From Methanococcus maripaludis (GTDB lineage: Archaea; AGJL01; Methanococci; Methanococcales; Methanococcaceae), in assembly GCF_002945325.1 (NCBI RefSeq), contig NZ_CP026606.1:1230001-1262000 (forward strand): a stretch of 32,000 bases of DNA, read 5' to 3'. The notes under the pieces are model-generated. The model did not search any database and was not told the DNA's origin. It worked only from the letters and a program-made list of their open reading frames with translations. The translations under genes were made by a program, and so were the position numbers. Shown here piece by piece: positions 10,060-19,511 of this stretch (position 1 is its first letter; every line of letters begins with the position of its first letter).

Positions 10060-11457
10060 TTAAATGTTATGAATTACGATTGTTTTTATTTCAGACATTT
10101 CTTCAACCGTATATTTTATTCCTTCCCTTCCAAGACCGCTTTTTTTAACCCCTCCAAAGGGCATGTTGTCTTTTCTAAATGTTGGACTGCTGTTAATCAT
10201 TATCCCACCGTATTCAAGCTCATCGGCTATTTTCATCGCTTTATTTATATTATTTGTAAATAAGCCAGCTTGAAGTCCGTATTTAGAATTATTTGCAATA
10301 TTTACTGCTTCTTCACTGTCTTTAACAGGCAATATCGGAAGAATTGGTCCAAAGGTTTCAATTTTTGATAGTATATTTTCTTCATCGATATTAATTACTG
10401 CAGGGGAAATTAAACTGTTTTGTCGGTTTCCACCAATTAACAATTCTCCGCCTTCATTTACTGACTGTTTTATTAAATTTTCAATTCTTAAAGCACTTTC
10501 AGGGCTTATAAGTGGGCCAATGTCTGTATTTTTATCGAGTGGATTTCCCAAAATTAGTTTTTTGGTTTCTTCAATAACATATTTTGTAAATGTTTCAACA
10601 ACTTCTTCTTCAACGAGTACCTGTCCAACCGAGATACAAACCTGTCCAGCATTTAAAAATTTACTTTTAACAGCAGATTTAGCAGCTAATTTAATATCAG
10701 AATCTTTTAACACGATCATGGGGTTATTTCCTCCAAGTTCGAGTGTAACTTTTTTCATTTTCGCATTTTTAGATATTGATTCTCCAACTTCAACACTTCC
10801 TGTGAAAGAAACCATGTTTACATTATCGTTTTTCGATATTTCATCCCCAACAATTTCCCCATTTCCTGTTGCGAGATTAAATACGCCTCTTGGAATATCC
10901 ATCTGTTTTAAGACATGTTCTATAATTTTTGTAAGATATATTGCAGCAATGGGTGCTTTTGATGATGGGTGGAGTATAACTGAGTTTCCTGTGGCAATTG
11001 CAGGGCCGATTTTATGTGTCGCCAGATTTAAAGGAAAATTAAATGGAGTTATTGCTCCAATTACGCCTAATGGCTCTTTTTTAGTGAATATAAGGCCATT
11101 TTCTGAATTAATTGTTTCTCCACGGATTTCCTTTGCATAGAATGCAGAAAGCTTGAGCGCAGTTAATGTCCTATCCACTTCTATTTTTGACTGTTTTATC
11201 GGTTTTCCAACATCGATTGAAATTGTTTTTGCAAAAAAGTCTTTTTTCGAACTTAAATGTTCGGCAATTTTCATCAATATTTTGTATCTTTTTGACGGGC
11301 TTAAATTTTTCATTACTTCCTTGTGTTTTTCAGTAACTTCAATTGCATTTTTAGTTTCTTCCCTATCAAGTGCAGTTATTTTTTCAATATTTTCAAGAGT
11401 GTACGGGTCAAAAACATCAATATCTTCCCTTATAATCCATTTTCCATCGATAAACAT
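10060..11457 (-). CDS. NAD(P)-dependent aldehyde dehydrogenase, lactaldehyde dehydrogenase-like (MJ1411 type)
   Basis: 465 aa. ALDH signatures ELGGNNP (catalytic Glu) and FLNAGQVCISV (catalytic Cys), and the N-terminus MFIDGKWI. The resemblance to methanococcal lactaldehyde dehydrogenase is from memory; substrate specificity cannot be read from the sequence. Confidence 0.75.
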   Translation of the reverse strand: MFIDGKWIIREDIDVFDPYTLENIEKITALDREETKNAIEVTEKHKEVMKNLSPSKRYKILMKIAEHLSSKKDFFAKTISIDVGKPIKQSKIEVDRTLTALKLSAFYAKEIRGETINSENGLIFTKKEPLGVIGAITPFNFPLNLATHKIGPAIATGNSVILHPSSKAPIAAIYLTKIIEHVLKQMDIPRGVFNLATGNGEIVGDEISKNDNVNMVSFTGSVEVGESISKNAKMKKVTLELGGNNPMIVLKDSDIKLAAKSAVKSKFLNAGQVCISVGQVLVEEEVVETFTKYVIEETKKLILGNPLDKNTDIGPLISPESALRIENLIKQSVNEGGELLIGGNRQNSLISPAVINIDEENILSKIETFGPILPILPVKDSEEAVNIANNSKYGLQAGLFTNNINKAMKIADELEYGGIMINSSPTFRKDNMPFGGVKKSGLGREGIKYTVEEMSEIKTIVIHNI

Positions 11458-11581
11458 AAAATCACACTCGAAATTTCAATTGAATAATATTAATGCTTAA
11501 TCTATTATAAATTTTAGCGAATAATTAATATATTTAAAAAATTAAAAAGTTAAGATAATAACGTTTTGAGGGGATACAAAA

Positions 11582-12385
11582 ATGATGATTTCGTTAATGG
11601 GCTACAGCATGTCTATAAACCTGATTTTAATATTAAAAGCAATTTTGATACTAGTTTTAGGGTATTTTGCTGTAAGAATTGTTTCTAGTATTTTAGAAAA
11701 TGGTGCTAAAAAAAGCAAGATTCCAGAACTTGTATCTGAGTTTGTTATCAAGCTATTCAGTGCGATACTCTATGTATTTGTAATATTGCTTGCCGTAGGG
11801 GTTTTTGGTGTTGAAACAGGGCCAATAATTTTGGGGCTTTCTGCATCACTTGGTTTAATTTTGGGTTTTGGTCTTCAGGACACACTTACAAATTTAACTT
11901 CAGGCCTTTGGATTGCAGTTATGAAACCCCTTGACAAAGATGAAACTGTTCAAATAGGCGGAATAACTGGAAAGATCGTAGAAGTTGGAATAATGGCAAC
12001 CAAACTGTTAACGCCAGATAATGTGGTAATCACAATTCCAAATAAACTAGTTTGGGGCAGTCCTATAACCAATTACACCAGAATGGATTTAAGAAGGGTT
12101 GATGTGGCAGTTGGAGTTAGCTATGGTGAAAATTTAGACAATGCATTATCAAAAGCATTAGAACTTATTTCAGAACATCCAAAAGTATTAAAAGATCCTG
12201 CACCTGCAGTAGTTGTAACTGGTCTTGGTGAGTCTTCCGTAGATTTACAGCTTAGGGCTTGGACAAAAACTGGGGACTACTGGGGCGTAAAAGGAGATCT
12301 TACAAAAGGAATATACGAAAAATACGGAAAAGAGGGTATCGAAATTCCATTCCCACAGATGGATGTACATATCCACAAATATTAA
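11582..12385 (+). CDS. mscS: Small-conductance mechanosensitive channel (MscS family)
   Basis: 267 aa. Three N-terminal TM segments, the pore-helix region GLSASLGLILGFGLQDTLTNLTSG and the beta-domain motif ITIPN are typical of MscS. SD gaGGGGAtacaaaa precedes the ATG. Confidence 0.8.
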   Translation: MMISLMGYSMSINLILILKAILILVLGYFAVRIVSSILENGAKKSKIPELVSEFVIKLFSAILYVFVILLAVGVFGVETGPIILGLSASLGLILGFGLQDTLTNLTSGLWIAVMKPLDKDETVQIGGITGKIVEVGIMATKLLTPDNVVITIPNKLVWGSPITNYTRMDLRRVDVAVGVSYGENLDNALSKALELISEHPKVLKDPAPAVVVTGLGESSVDLQLRAWTKTGDYWGVKGDLTKGIYEKYGKEGIEIPFPQMDVHIHKY

Positions 12386-12407
12386 AAAATAGTTTTTATA
12401 ACTTTTT

Positions 12408-12893
12408 TTATTTTATATGGCCAAGAATGTGGCCGGTTTCTGTTTTAATAATGTCAAGTGCGGTTTTACATGCATTAATAGATCCCGGAAGTGAATAGAT
12501 AATTTTTCCCTTATAAAGTCCAGCAGATGCTCTTGAAAGGATTGTTGAGTATTTTACTTCACCATAGCTTAAATTATGGAATACTATTTTAAAACCGTCA
12601 AGTTCTTTTTCATACAGATTTTTTACGACATCAGCTGTAATATCTCTTTTAGAAAGGCCTGTTCCGCCCGTGATTACAATAGAATCAACATCTGTAAATT
12701 CAATAATATGTTCAATTAATCCTTCCAACATCGGTTTATTGTCCGGAATTAAATGGTAGATTTTTGCACCTAATTCATCTTTCAAAAAGTCCCCTGATTT
12801 ATCAGTTATATCGTGCCCTGAAATTATTTCATTAAATCGGCTGTCACTTACAGTAATTACTGCGTATTTTACATCGGAAATTCTCTCATGCAT
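12408..12893 (-). CDS. moaB: Molybdenum cofactor biosynthesis protein B (MoaB/MogA family)
   Basis: 161 aa. MoCF-biosynthesis domain motifs ITGGTGLSKRD and SLPGS. The start lies 2 nt after the cbiO stop, with GGGGGAataagc upstream. Confidence 0.8.
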   Translation of the reverse strand: MHERISDVKYAVITVSDSRFNEIISGHDITDKSGDFLKDELGAKIYHLIPDNKPMLEGLIEHIIEFTDVDSIVITGGTGLSKRDITADVVKNLYEKELDGFKIVFHNLSYGEVKYSTILSRASAGLYKGKIIYSLPGSINACKTALDIIKTETGHILGHIK

Positions 12894-12895
12894 GC

Positions 12896-13732
12896 TTATT
12901 CCCCCTTTATAAACTCTTTAATATTATTTCTTGCTTCTCCAATGGTATAGCCCATTTTTATTCCCAGTTTGTCTTCTTTGTCTAAAAGTTCTATTAAATG
13001 TGCGACCCTTGGAAGCCTTAAATTTGCACTTCTAACTGTTTCAGAGTCACTGAAAATTTCCCTTGGAGTCCCGCCTTTGATAATTCTTCCTTCATTTAAC
13101 AAATAAACTTTATTTGCATATATTGGAACTAAATCTACATCGTGGGTAGATATGATTATGGTTATTCCCTGCCTGTTTAACTCGTAGAGCAATTTCATGA
13201 TTTGGGATGCACCCATCGGGTCGAGTCCTGAAGTTGGTTCATCAAGAACAATAATTTCCGGGTTCATTGCCAAAATCCCTGCAATTGCAATTCTTTTTTT
13301 CTGGCCACCACTTAAATGATGCGGTGGTTTTCTCTCAAAGCCTTCCATAGAGACCGCTTTTAATGAATCTTTTACTCTTTTTTCAATTCCCTCTTTTGAA
13401 AGTCCGAGATTCATGGGTCCAAAAGCAACATCCTGCTCAACTGTGGGTGCAAAAAGCTGGTCGTCAGGATTTTGGAATACGATTCCAACAGTTTTTCTGA
13501 CATTTAAAAGCGATTTGTTGTCGTATTTTATTGGTTCGCCTTTTAAAAGTACGTTGCCGTGACTTGGTTTTAATATTCCGTTAAAATGAAGAAATGTAGT
13601 GGATTTTCCAGCACCATTGGGGCCTAAAATTGCGATCATTTCGCCCTTTTCGGCTTTAAAATTAATCCCGTTAAGTGCGACAGTTCCATCAGGATAAGAA
13701 TACTTTAAATCTCTTGTTTCCAAAATCGCCAT
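12896..13732 (-). CDS. cbiO: Cobalt/ECF transporter ATP-binding protein CbiO
   Basis: 278 aa. Walker A GPNGAGKST, ABC signature LSGGQKKRIAIAG and Walker B IIVLDEPTSGLD. It sits in a cbiM-N-Q-O context. Confidence 0.9.
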   Translation of the reverse strand: MAILETRDLKYSYPDGTVALNGINFKAEKGEMIAILGPNGAGKSTTFLHFNGILKPSHGNVLLKGEPIKYDNKSLLNVRKTVGIVFQNPDDQLFAPTVEQDVAFGPMNLGLSKEGIEKRVKDSLKAVSMEGFERKPPHHLSGGQKKRIAIAGILAMNPEIIVLDEPTSGLDPMGASQIMKLLYELNRQGITIIISTHDVDLVPIYANKVYLLNEGRIIKGGTPREIFSDSETVRSANLRLPRVAHLIELLDKEDKLGIKMGYTIGEARNNIKEFIKGE

Positions 13733-13796
13733 TAAATCACCTTGGAGGAACTATATGCTTAAAGGTATAAAAAAGTTAGAATTTTAATTTTTGGCT

Positions 13797-14570
13797 TTAA
13801 AATATCTTAATGTAATTTAGGGATAACAATAATAATTCAAATACTCCTAAAAGTACAACAGAAAAGGTTCTTGGATAGGCAATATCTCCAAAAAACATTA
13901 GATTTCCATCGTATCCTCTTGAATTAAGTGAATTATAAATTATATCTCCCTTATCAAGTGCTTTTATAAACAAACTTCCCGTCAATAATCCAAGGGAGTG
14001 GTACGAAGTTTTAAGATTTTTGTAGCCCAGTCTTGTTTTTTGCGAGTTTTCCATTGTTAAAGCTTCTTCTAAAAGCATAAAAATATAGCGATACATCATC
14101 ATCGCGATTTCAAGCATGTTTTTTGGCATTTTGGACTTTTTAAGGATGTAGAATAATTCGGTGAATGGGGTTGTAAGTGCTAAAAATAGGGTGCAGGATA
14201 CACCACCAAGCATTTTAAAAAATGTTAAAAGTCCAAGACTAAATCCGTCTTTTAGTAAATTGATTGTAATTCCAAAAAAATCAAATGACATGTAAATATC
14301 AGTTCCAAATAAAAAAGTCATCATTAAAAACGTAATAATTCCAAAAACAATTGGAATTGCCAGTAATTTTCCGTAAATAGTTTTAGGTATTTTTGCAATA
14401 GAAATAATCACAAAACTCATTATAAGTGTGATTAAAAGAGGTACAATAAAATTTTTAGAAAAAATACTAACGAACAGTGAAGAAATTGCAAAAATAACTT
14501 TTAAAGTAGGATTAACTGACCTTAACTTGTTATAGTTTGCAATGTTATCGATTAAAGTACTGTTCGTCAT
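13797..14570 (-). CDS. cbiQ: Cobalt ECF transporter T component CbiQ
   Basis: 257 aa polytopic membrane protein with the conserved C-terminal ARGY-type motif region (SRGYDG), positioned between cbiN and cbiO. Confidence 0.8.
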   Translation of the reverse strand: MTNSTLIDNIANYNKLRSVNPTLKVIFAISSLFVSIFSKNFIVPLLITLIMSFVIISIAKIPKTIYGKLLAIPIVFGIITFLMMTFLFGTDIYMSFDFFGITINLLKDGFSLGLLTFFKMLGGVSCTLFLALTTPFTELFYILKKSKMPKNMLEIAMMMYRYIFMLLEEALTMENSQKTRLGYKNLKTSYHSLGLLTGSLFIKALDKGDIIYNSLNSRGYDGNLMFFGDIAYPRTFSVVLLGVFELLLLSLNYIKIF

Positions 14571-14581
14571 TTTTTAACCTT

Positions 14582-14878
14582 TTACTGGTTTTTGGCATCA
14601 TATTTGGCTTTGTTGTAGCCAAAGAAGTATCCTATAATTATAGCACCTATTGCAGCTTGAAGCGCAAATAATAGGCTTTCAATTTCCCCACTTGGAGGTT
14701 CCCAGAATGGTTCAAACCATGGTTCGTAATTTGGACTGATTTCCATGATCAAATCTCCAGCAGCACCATCTGCACCACCGAAGTAGCCTTCATCTTCACC
14801 AAGGCCCGAATACATGATCAAAGGTGCTAATGTAAGAATTATAACTCCAAGAATCATCAAGACGTGTTTAAATTCCAT
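14582..14878 (-). CDS. cbiN: Cobalt transport protein CbiN
   Basis: 98 aa with two TM helices flanking an acidic loop (GADGAAGDLI...PWFEPFWEPPSGEIESLLFALQAAIG), as in CbiN. Its ATG overlaps the cbiM stop by 1 nt (TAATG). Confidence 0.85.
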   Translation of the reverse strand: MEFKHVLMILGVIILTLAPLIMYSGLGEDEGYFGGADGAAGDLIMEISPNYEPWFEPFWEPPSGEIESLLFALQAAIGAIIIGYFFGYNKAKYDAKNQ

Positions 14879-15555
14879 TATTCAGCACCTCCTTCTGCTT
14901 TTACCGGGTCAATAAGACCAAGTTTTGCAAGGAGATCTGGTCTCAATTTCATGATGTAATCCCAGATAAGTCCTGTTAATAGACCTTCCATAATTGCAAG
15001 TGGAATCTGTGTCACTGCAAATACGGTTCCAAAGTTTGCAAGAGCCGTTCCAAAATCGGGTAGCGGGTATGCTAATGCGAGCTGGATTGATGTTGTAGCG
15101 TATGTTCCCCAGTCTGCAAATATTGCAGCGAGTACAACAACCCACGTGATATTTAATTTTCCTTTTAACAATTTAAACACTAAAAAACCAAGCGCTGGAC
15201 CCATAATACCCATTGAGAATATATTTGCTCCCAATGTGGTTAATCCACCGTGTGCAAGTAAGATTGCCTGAAACAATAATACGATCGTTGCAAGTACTGC
15301 TGTAATTGCCGGACCAAACATAATTGCGCCGAGTCCACCACCTGTCGGGTGTGAACAGCTTCCTGTAACTGAAGGAAGTTTTAGCGAACTTAATATGAAC
15401 ATAAATGCTCCTGCGAGGGCTAATGTAGGTTTAACTTCAGGTTTGTCGTTTATTAATTTATTTAACTGGATTATTCCATATATAACAACAATTCCGGAGA
15501 GTACAAACCAAAATGCAGCCCACATCGGAGGTAAAAAACCTTCCATAATGTGCAC
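14878..15555 (-). CDS. cbiM: Cobalt ECF transporter substrate-capture component CbiM
   Basis: 225 aa with the N-terminus MHIMEGFLP, the metal-binding N-terminal Met-His signature of CbiM/NikM. This requires the GTG at 15555 as the start, which fits AGGTGGtaaa upstream. Confidence 0.9.
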   Translation of the reverse strand: MHIMEGFLPPMWAAFWFVLSGIVVIYGIIQLNKLINDKPEVKPTLALAGAFMFILSSLKLPSVTGSCSHPTGGGLGAIMFGPAITAVLATIVLLFQAILLAHGGLTTLGANIFSMGIMGPALGFLVFKLLKGKLNITWVVVLAAIFADWGTYATTSIQLALAYPLPDFGTALANFGTVFAVTQIPLAIMEGLLTGLIWDYIMKLRPDLLAKLGLIDPVKAEGGAE

Positions 15556-15566
15556 TTTACCACCTA

Positions 15567-15603
15567 TTAAAGATAAGTTATATTGTTTTACAGTTATCTT
15601 TAA
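15567..15603 (-). promoter_or_regulatory. 10-bp perfect inverted repeat in the cbiM leader/promoter region (candidate operator or 5'-UTR hairpin)
   Basis: TTAAAGATAA (15567-15576) and TTATCTTTAA (15594-15603) are exact reverse complements separated by 17 nt. The proximal arm ends 2 nt from the cbiM SD (GGTGG). A TATA-like CATATATACC lies just upstream at about 15613-15622. Confidence 0.35.
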
Positions 15604-15727
15604 CTTGGTTTGGTATATATGGATTTCGATTTAATTCCAGATTATTTTACTAAATGAAATATATCTTGAATACTGTTGGTAATACTATATAAAACTAATT
15701 TTAAAAAATAGAAACAAATATTGATTA

Positions 15728-16984
15728 TTATTCATTTGTAATGTAGCCCTTAACTGCAGATTTTGCAGCTATTTTTGGAGAAGAAAGGTATACTTGTGCG
15801 TTTGTATTTCCCATTCTTCCTTTAAAGTTCCTGTTGGTTGTGGCAAGGCACACTTCTCCATCGCCTAAAACTCCCTGGTGGGCTCCAAGGCACGGTCCGC
15901 ATCCTGGGGTGCATATCAATGCTCCAGAATCTACAAAAATATCAATTAATCCTTCATTTAGCGCTTCTTTAAATATTGATTTTGAAGCAGGGATCACGAT
16001 TAATCTTGTGTTTTCACTGACTTTTTTCCCTTTCAAATATTTTGCAGCAATTCTTAAGTCGTTTAATCTTCCGTTTGTACATGAACCGATAAATACCTGG
16101 TTTAATTCTGTTCCTTCCACTTCTGAAACTCCTTTTACGTTATCAGGGTGGTGGGGACATGCAACCTGTTCTTCCATATCTGTTATGTCAAATTCAATTG
16201 TTTTGTAGTAGTCTTCTTCGGATTCGTTAACTGTTATTTTATTTTTTTTCAATTCAAGAATTTCTTCACGCGAAACTCCCGCATTTTCAAGGTATCTGTA
16301 AGTAGTATCGTCAGCTTCGATAATTCCTGCTTTTCCACCCATTTCAATAGCCATGTTTGATAAAACCATTCTTTCATCCATGGATAGATTTTGGACTGCA
16401 TTTCCGCCGTATTCTAAAGACATGTACGTAGCCCCACGTCTTCCAACTTCCTTACAAGTTTTTAAAATAATGTCTTTTCCAGAAATATTTTCGTTTTCTC
16501 CAGTTACCTTTACACGGATAGTTTCAGGAACCCTGAGCCATGTTTTTCCAGTTGCATAGACGTAACCCATGTCTGTTGCACCAAAACCTGTAGCAAATGC
16601 CCCAAATGCCCCATGAGTACATGTGTGGCTGTCAGCTCCCGCAATTATCATGTTGGGTTTCACGTGGCCCTTTTCAGGTAGAACTTGGTGGCATATTCCT
16701 TCGCCATCGAGGTAGTAATTTTTAATACCCTGTTTTTTGATGAATTCTCTCGTTATAACCTGCATATTTGCAGCTTTTGACGTGTTTGCAGGGATATTGT
16801 GGTCAAAAATAATGACTATCTTTTCATTATCCCAAACTTTATCCGAAATCTGTTCAAAAGCTTTTACTGTAAGCGGGGTAGTCCCATCATGGGTCATTGC
16901 AATATCTACATTTATTTCAACGCTATCTTTGGCGTAAACATTTTTTCCAACATTTTTTGAAATGATTTTCTCAGCAAGTGTCAT
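15728..16984 (-). CDS. hacA: Aconitase-family dehydratase large subunit, most likely methanogen homoaconitase HacA (alternative: LeuC)
   Basis: 418 aa. Fe-S ligand motifs GADSHTCTHGAFGAFA, GSCTNGR and CGPCLG. The MTHDGT and CGPCLGAHQGVL variants resemble the HacA (MJ1003-like) rather than the IPMI (MJ0499-like) paralog as I remember them. The paralog assignment is inference. SD is gGTGAgaatct. Confidence 0.7.
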   Translation of the reverse strand: MTLAEKIISKNVGKNVYAKDSVEINVDIAMTHDGTTPLTVKAFEQISDKVWDNEKIVIIFDHNIPANTSKAANMQVITREFIKKQGIKNYYLDGEGICHQVLPEKGHVKPNMIIAGADSHTCTHGAFGAFATGFGATDMGYVYATGKTWLRVPETIRVKVTGENENISGKDIILKTCKEVGRRGATYMSLEYGGNAVQNLSMDERMVLSNMAIEMGGKAGIIEADDTTYRYLENAGVSREEILELKKNKITVNESEEDYYKTIEFDITDMEEQVACPHHPDNVKGVSEVEGTELNQVFIGSCTNGRLNDLRIAAKYLKGKKVSENTRLIVIPASKSIFKEALNEGLIDIFVDSGALICTPGCGPCLGAHQGVLGDGEVCLATTNRNFKGRMGNTNAQVYLSSPKIAAKSAVKGYITNE

Positions 16985-17097
16985 AGATTCTCACCGTAAA
17001 TTCGTAATATACATAAAAACAGTACTTCATAGGTTAGGTGTTATTGATTTATAAATATAAGGGATTTAAATTAAATTTTAAAATAGAATATTTATAA

Positions 17098-18036
17098 TTA
17101 ATAAGAGTATTCTGACGTGTTACTTAATTTTTTAGGCTTTATTTCGGATAATATTTCTCCATTTTTAAAAATTCTTATGACTCCACCGCTTTCTGAAATC
17201 GTAATTGCAATTGCACCAGTATATTTTGAAATGGTTGCAGCAGCATGGTGTCGTGCACCAAGACCCAGTGGTAGTTCAATATTTCCACCGCTGCAGCTTA
17301 TATACCGGCCTGCACAGAGAACTTCTCCTTTTTCACCAATTACGAATGCCCCATCGATTGTTGATAATTCTTTAACCGTCCCTTTGACCTGTTTATCAAA
17401 TATAAATGATTCGTGGCCTTCAAAAGGGTTTAAAATTAATTGGGATGACATTTTTAAAACTCTATCCGAATCACCAATTACAAATATTGAACCAACAGGA
17501 GTTCCTTCTCTACCTTCAACTGCAAGTTCCATACACAGGTTTAAAACTTCATTAATAACTTTTCCTTTTGTTTTTTCAATCGATGAGATGTAATCATAAT
17601 ATTTGAGGATTTGTGGGTATTCGTTTACTTCAAAGATGGATATGGTGTCAGTACCGCCAGTTACTTTTGGAATACCTAAAATTGATACAACAATATCCCC
17701 TTTTTTAACAATGTTATTTGCAAAAAGGTTGGTTACAGCTTGTTTTATCATTGAAGATCTATCGTCATTCCTATATGTCATCAAAAGCGGTATAATTTTT
17801 GATTCATTTTTTAATTTCAAAAAAGTTTCTTCGTTTGGCGTGGTTACAACTACTTTTAAACTTTTAAAGTCTTTTAATGATCTATTTTTCCTGGCCCTTT
17901 TGTATATGGCTTCTTGATCTTTGTAGTACTCGTAAGTTCTTCCAGTTTCCGTAAATATCAATAAAATATCTGCGCTGATATCTATTGCAAGATTGAAACC
18001 ATGTTTTATTAAACTTTTGACTTTATTATTTATCAT
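17098..18036 (-). CDS. dacZ: Diadenylate cyclase DacZ (DAC domain with N-terminal pyruvate-kinase-C-like regulatory domains)
   Basis: The C-terminal DAC (DisA_N) domain has TIDGAFVI (DGA motif) and LGLGARHHAAATIS (RHR-type motif, here RHH). The N-terminal roughly 170 aa resemble the PK_C-like repeats of archaeal DacZ. The ATG at 18036 follows ccGGTGCAccag. The track start (GTG 18045) lies 6 nt after the upstream gene's stop. Confidence 0.8.
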   Translation of the reverse strand: MINNKVKSLIKHGFNLAIDISADILLIFTETGRTYEYYKDQEAIYKRARKNRSLKDFKSLKVVVTTPNEETFLKLKNESKIIPLLMTYRNDDRSSMIKQAVTNLFANNIVKKGDIVVSILGIPKVTGGTDTISIFEVNEYPQILKYYDYISSIEKTKGKVINEVLNLCMELAVEGREGTPVGSIFVIGDSDRVLKMSSQLILNPFEGHESFIFDKQVKGTVKELSTIDGAFVIGEKGEVLCAGRYISCSGGNIELPLGLGARHHAAATISKYTGAIAITISESGGVIRIFKNGEILSEIKPKKLSNTSEYSY

Positions 18037-18051
18037 CTGGTGCACCGGTTT

Positions 18052-19395
18052 TTACATTTTTGAGAGGCTTGCTGCAAAGTAAGGATTACCAATACAGTGC
18101 TGGTGAGCGTAACCTCCAACTATATCGCCATCTTTTGAAGTTATTCCATCCATGGAGTTAATTATTCCTTTTCCCCTATTTATCTTATATGAAAAGTCGT
18201 TTTCATTAATATTTATTAGTTTTGAATAATGGAATTCGTGTGCCTTAAATTCTTTAGATTTTTTACCAATAATACAATCTTTTTCAAAAGTCCCTTTAAC
18301 GTAACTCAAACCCTGAACGTTTGGAGTCATTACTGCATCCGCATCTATTAATTTTAACATTTCTATTCCATCAATAGAATTTGTAAGATACATGAGCCCC
18401 CCACATTCACCGTAAATTTTTCCATCAAAGTTTCTTATAGATTCAACCATGGATTTATTATTAGAAAGTTTTTCGGAAAATATTTCCGGATACCCTCCTC
18501 CAAGGTAAATAGTATCGCAATCTGGAACTTCTGAATCATTTAACGGGCTGAAGAATTTTAATTTTGCACCGTTTTCTTCTAATGCATCAAAGTTGTCCCA
18601 ATAATAAAAATTAAATGATTCATCAAGTGCAACGGCAATTTTTAAATTATTTTTTTCAACTTTCCAGAGGGTTTCTTCTTTATTTTTATCATCAACACAA
18701 AAATCAAAATTTTCATCACTTAATTCCACGATTTTTTCAAGATCAAGGCATTTTTCAACCGTTTCCCCCCATAAATCAATTCTTTCAAGCAATTCCTGTT
18801 TATTTTCAGGGGTTGGAACAAGTCCAAGGTGTCTTTGAGAAACAGACAGGCTATCGTCTCGAGGAATTGCGCCTATTATCTCAATTTCATTATCGTAATA
18901 TTTTACAGCTTCTTTTAATTTATTTAAGTGCCCTTCTCCCCTGATTTTATTGAAAATAACCCCTTTGATATTTAAATTAGGATCAAATGATTTAAAACCT
19001 TTAATTATTGCAGATGCACTTCTTGTAAGACTTCTTGCATCCATCAGTAAAATCACTGGTGAATTTATAGTTTTTGCAACGGATGCAGTACTTCCAATAT
19101 CATTATATGGTGAAATTCCCTCGTAAAGTCCCCGAACTCCTTCAATAACATTTATATCTTTATTTTTGGAATGTCGTTTAAAAATTGATCGAACTTGCAT
19201 TTCATCCATAAAAAACGAATCTAGGTTCCTTGATTTGTTATTTGTAGCTTCCGTGTGATAAGTGGGGTCTATATAATCAGGACCAATTTTGTAGGGCTGT
19301 ACATTATGTTTTTTGGATAGTGCCTTCATTATTCCTGTAGATATGGTGGTTTTTCCAACCATTGAAGAGGTGCCTGCAATAACTATTCTTTTCAT
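18052..19395 (-). CDS. cbiA: Tetrapyrrole a,c-diamide synthase, CbiA/CfbB family (cobyrinate or Ni-sirohydrochlorin a,c-diamide synthase)
   Basis: About 447 aa. N-terminal ATP-binding loop [12 protein letters not shown], and a C-terminal glutamine amidotransferase region with GECGGLMYL (nucleophile Cys) and HEFHYS. Methanogens carry both a cobamide (CbiA) and an F430 (CfbB) paralog, and I cannot tell which this is. The ATG at 19395 follows GTGAaaaat. Confidence 0.75.
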   Translation of the reverse strand: MKRIVIAGTSSMVGKTTISTGIMKALSKKHNVQPYKIGPDYIDPTYHTEATNNKSRNLDSFFMDEMQVRSIFKRHSKNKDINVIEGVRGLYEGISPYNDIGSTASVAKTINSPVILLMDARSLTRSASAIIKGFKSFDPNLNIKGVIFNKIRGEGHLNKLKEAVKYYDNEIEIIGAIPRDDSLSVSQRHLGLVPTPENKQELLERIDLWGETVEKCLDLEKIVELSDENFDFCVDDKNKEETLWKVEKNNLKIAVALDESFNFYYWDNFDALEENGAKLKFFSPLNDSEVPDCDTIYLGGGYPEIFSEKLSNNKSMVESIRNFDGKIYGECGGLMYLTNSIDGIEMLKLIDADAVMTPNVQGLSYVKGTFEKDCIIGKKSKEFKAHEFHYSKLININENDFSYKINRGKGIINSMDGITSKDGDIVGGYAHQHCIGNPYFAASLSKM

Positions 19396-19511
19396 ATTTT
19401 TCACGCAAAAGTTAATTTAATAATATTTCCTAAAATGGATAAATTAATCATAAACTAAATATATTTTAAAAACATAAAAAATTTTTGATATTTTGTAGAG
19501 AGGATGAAATT

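Noticed and set aside
10520-11140. A 206-aa plus-strand ORF, with similar cases at 17117..17593, 21555..22031, 22821..23339, 9279..9566, 15834..16208 and 5195..5687
   Set aside because: All are antisense shadow ORFs inside genes with unambiguous family motifs (ALDH, DacZ, IleRS, TldD, HacA, MtaD). They have no SDs and serine/phenylalanine-rich nonsense-like composition.
15556-15727. A possible cobalamin riboswitch upstream of cbiMNQO
   Set aside because: The region is almost entirely A/T with no GC-rich conserved core or B12-box-like element and no multi-stem potential. Only the simple 10-bp palindrome, reported separately, stands out.
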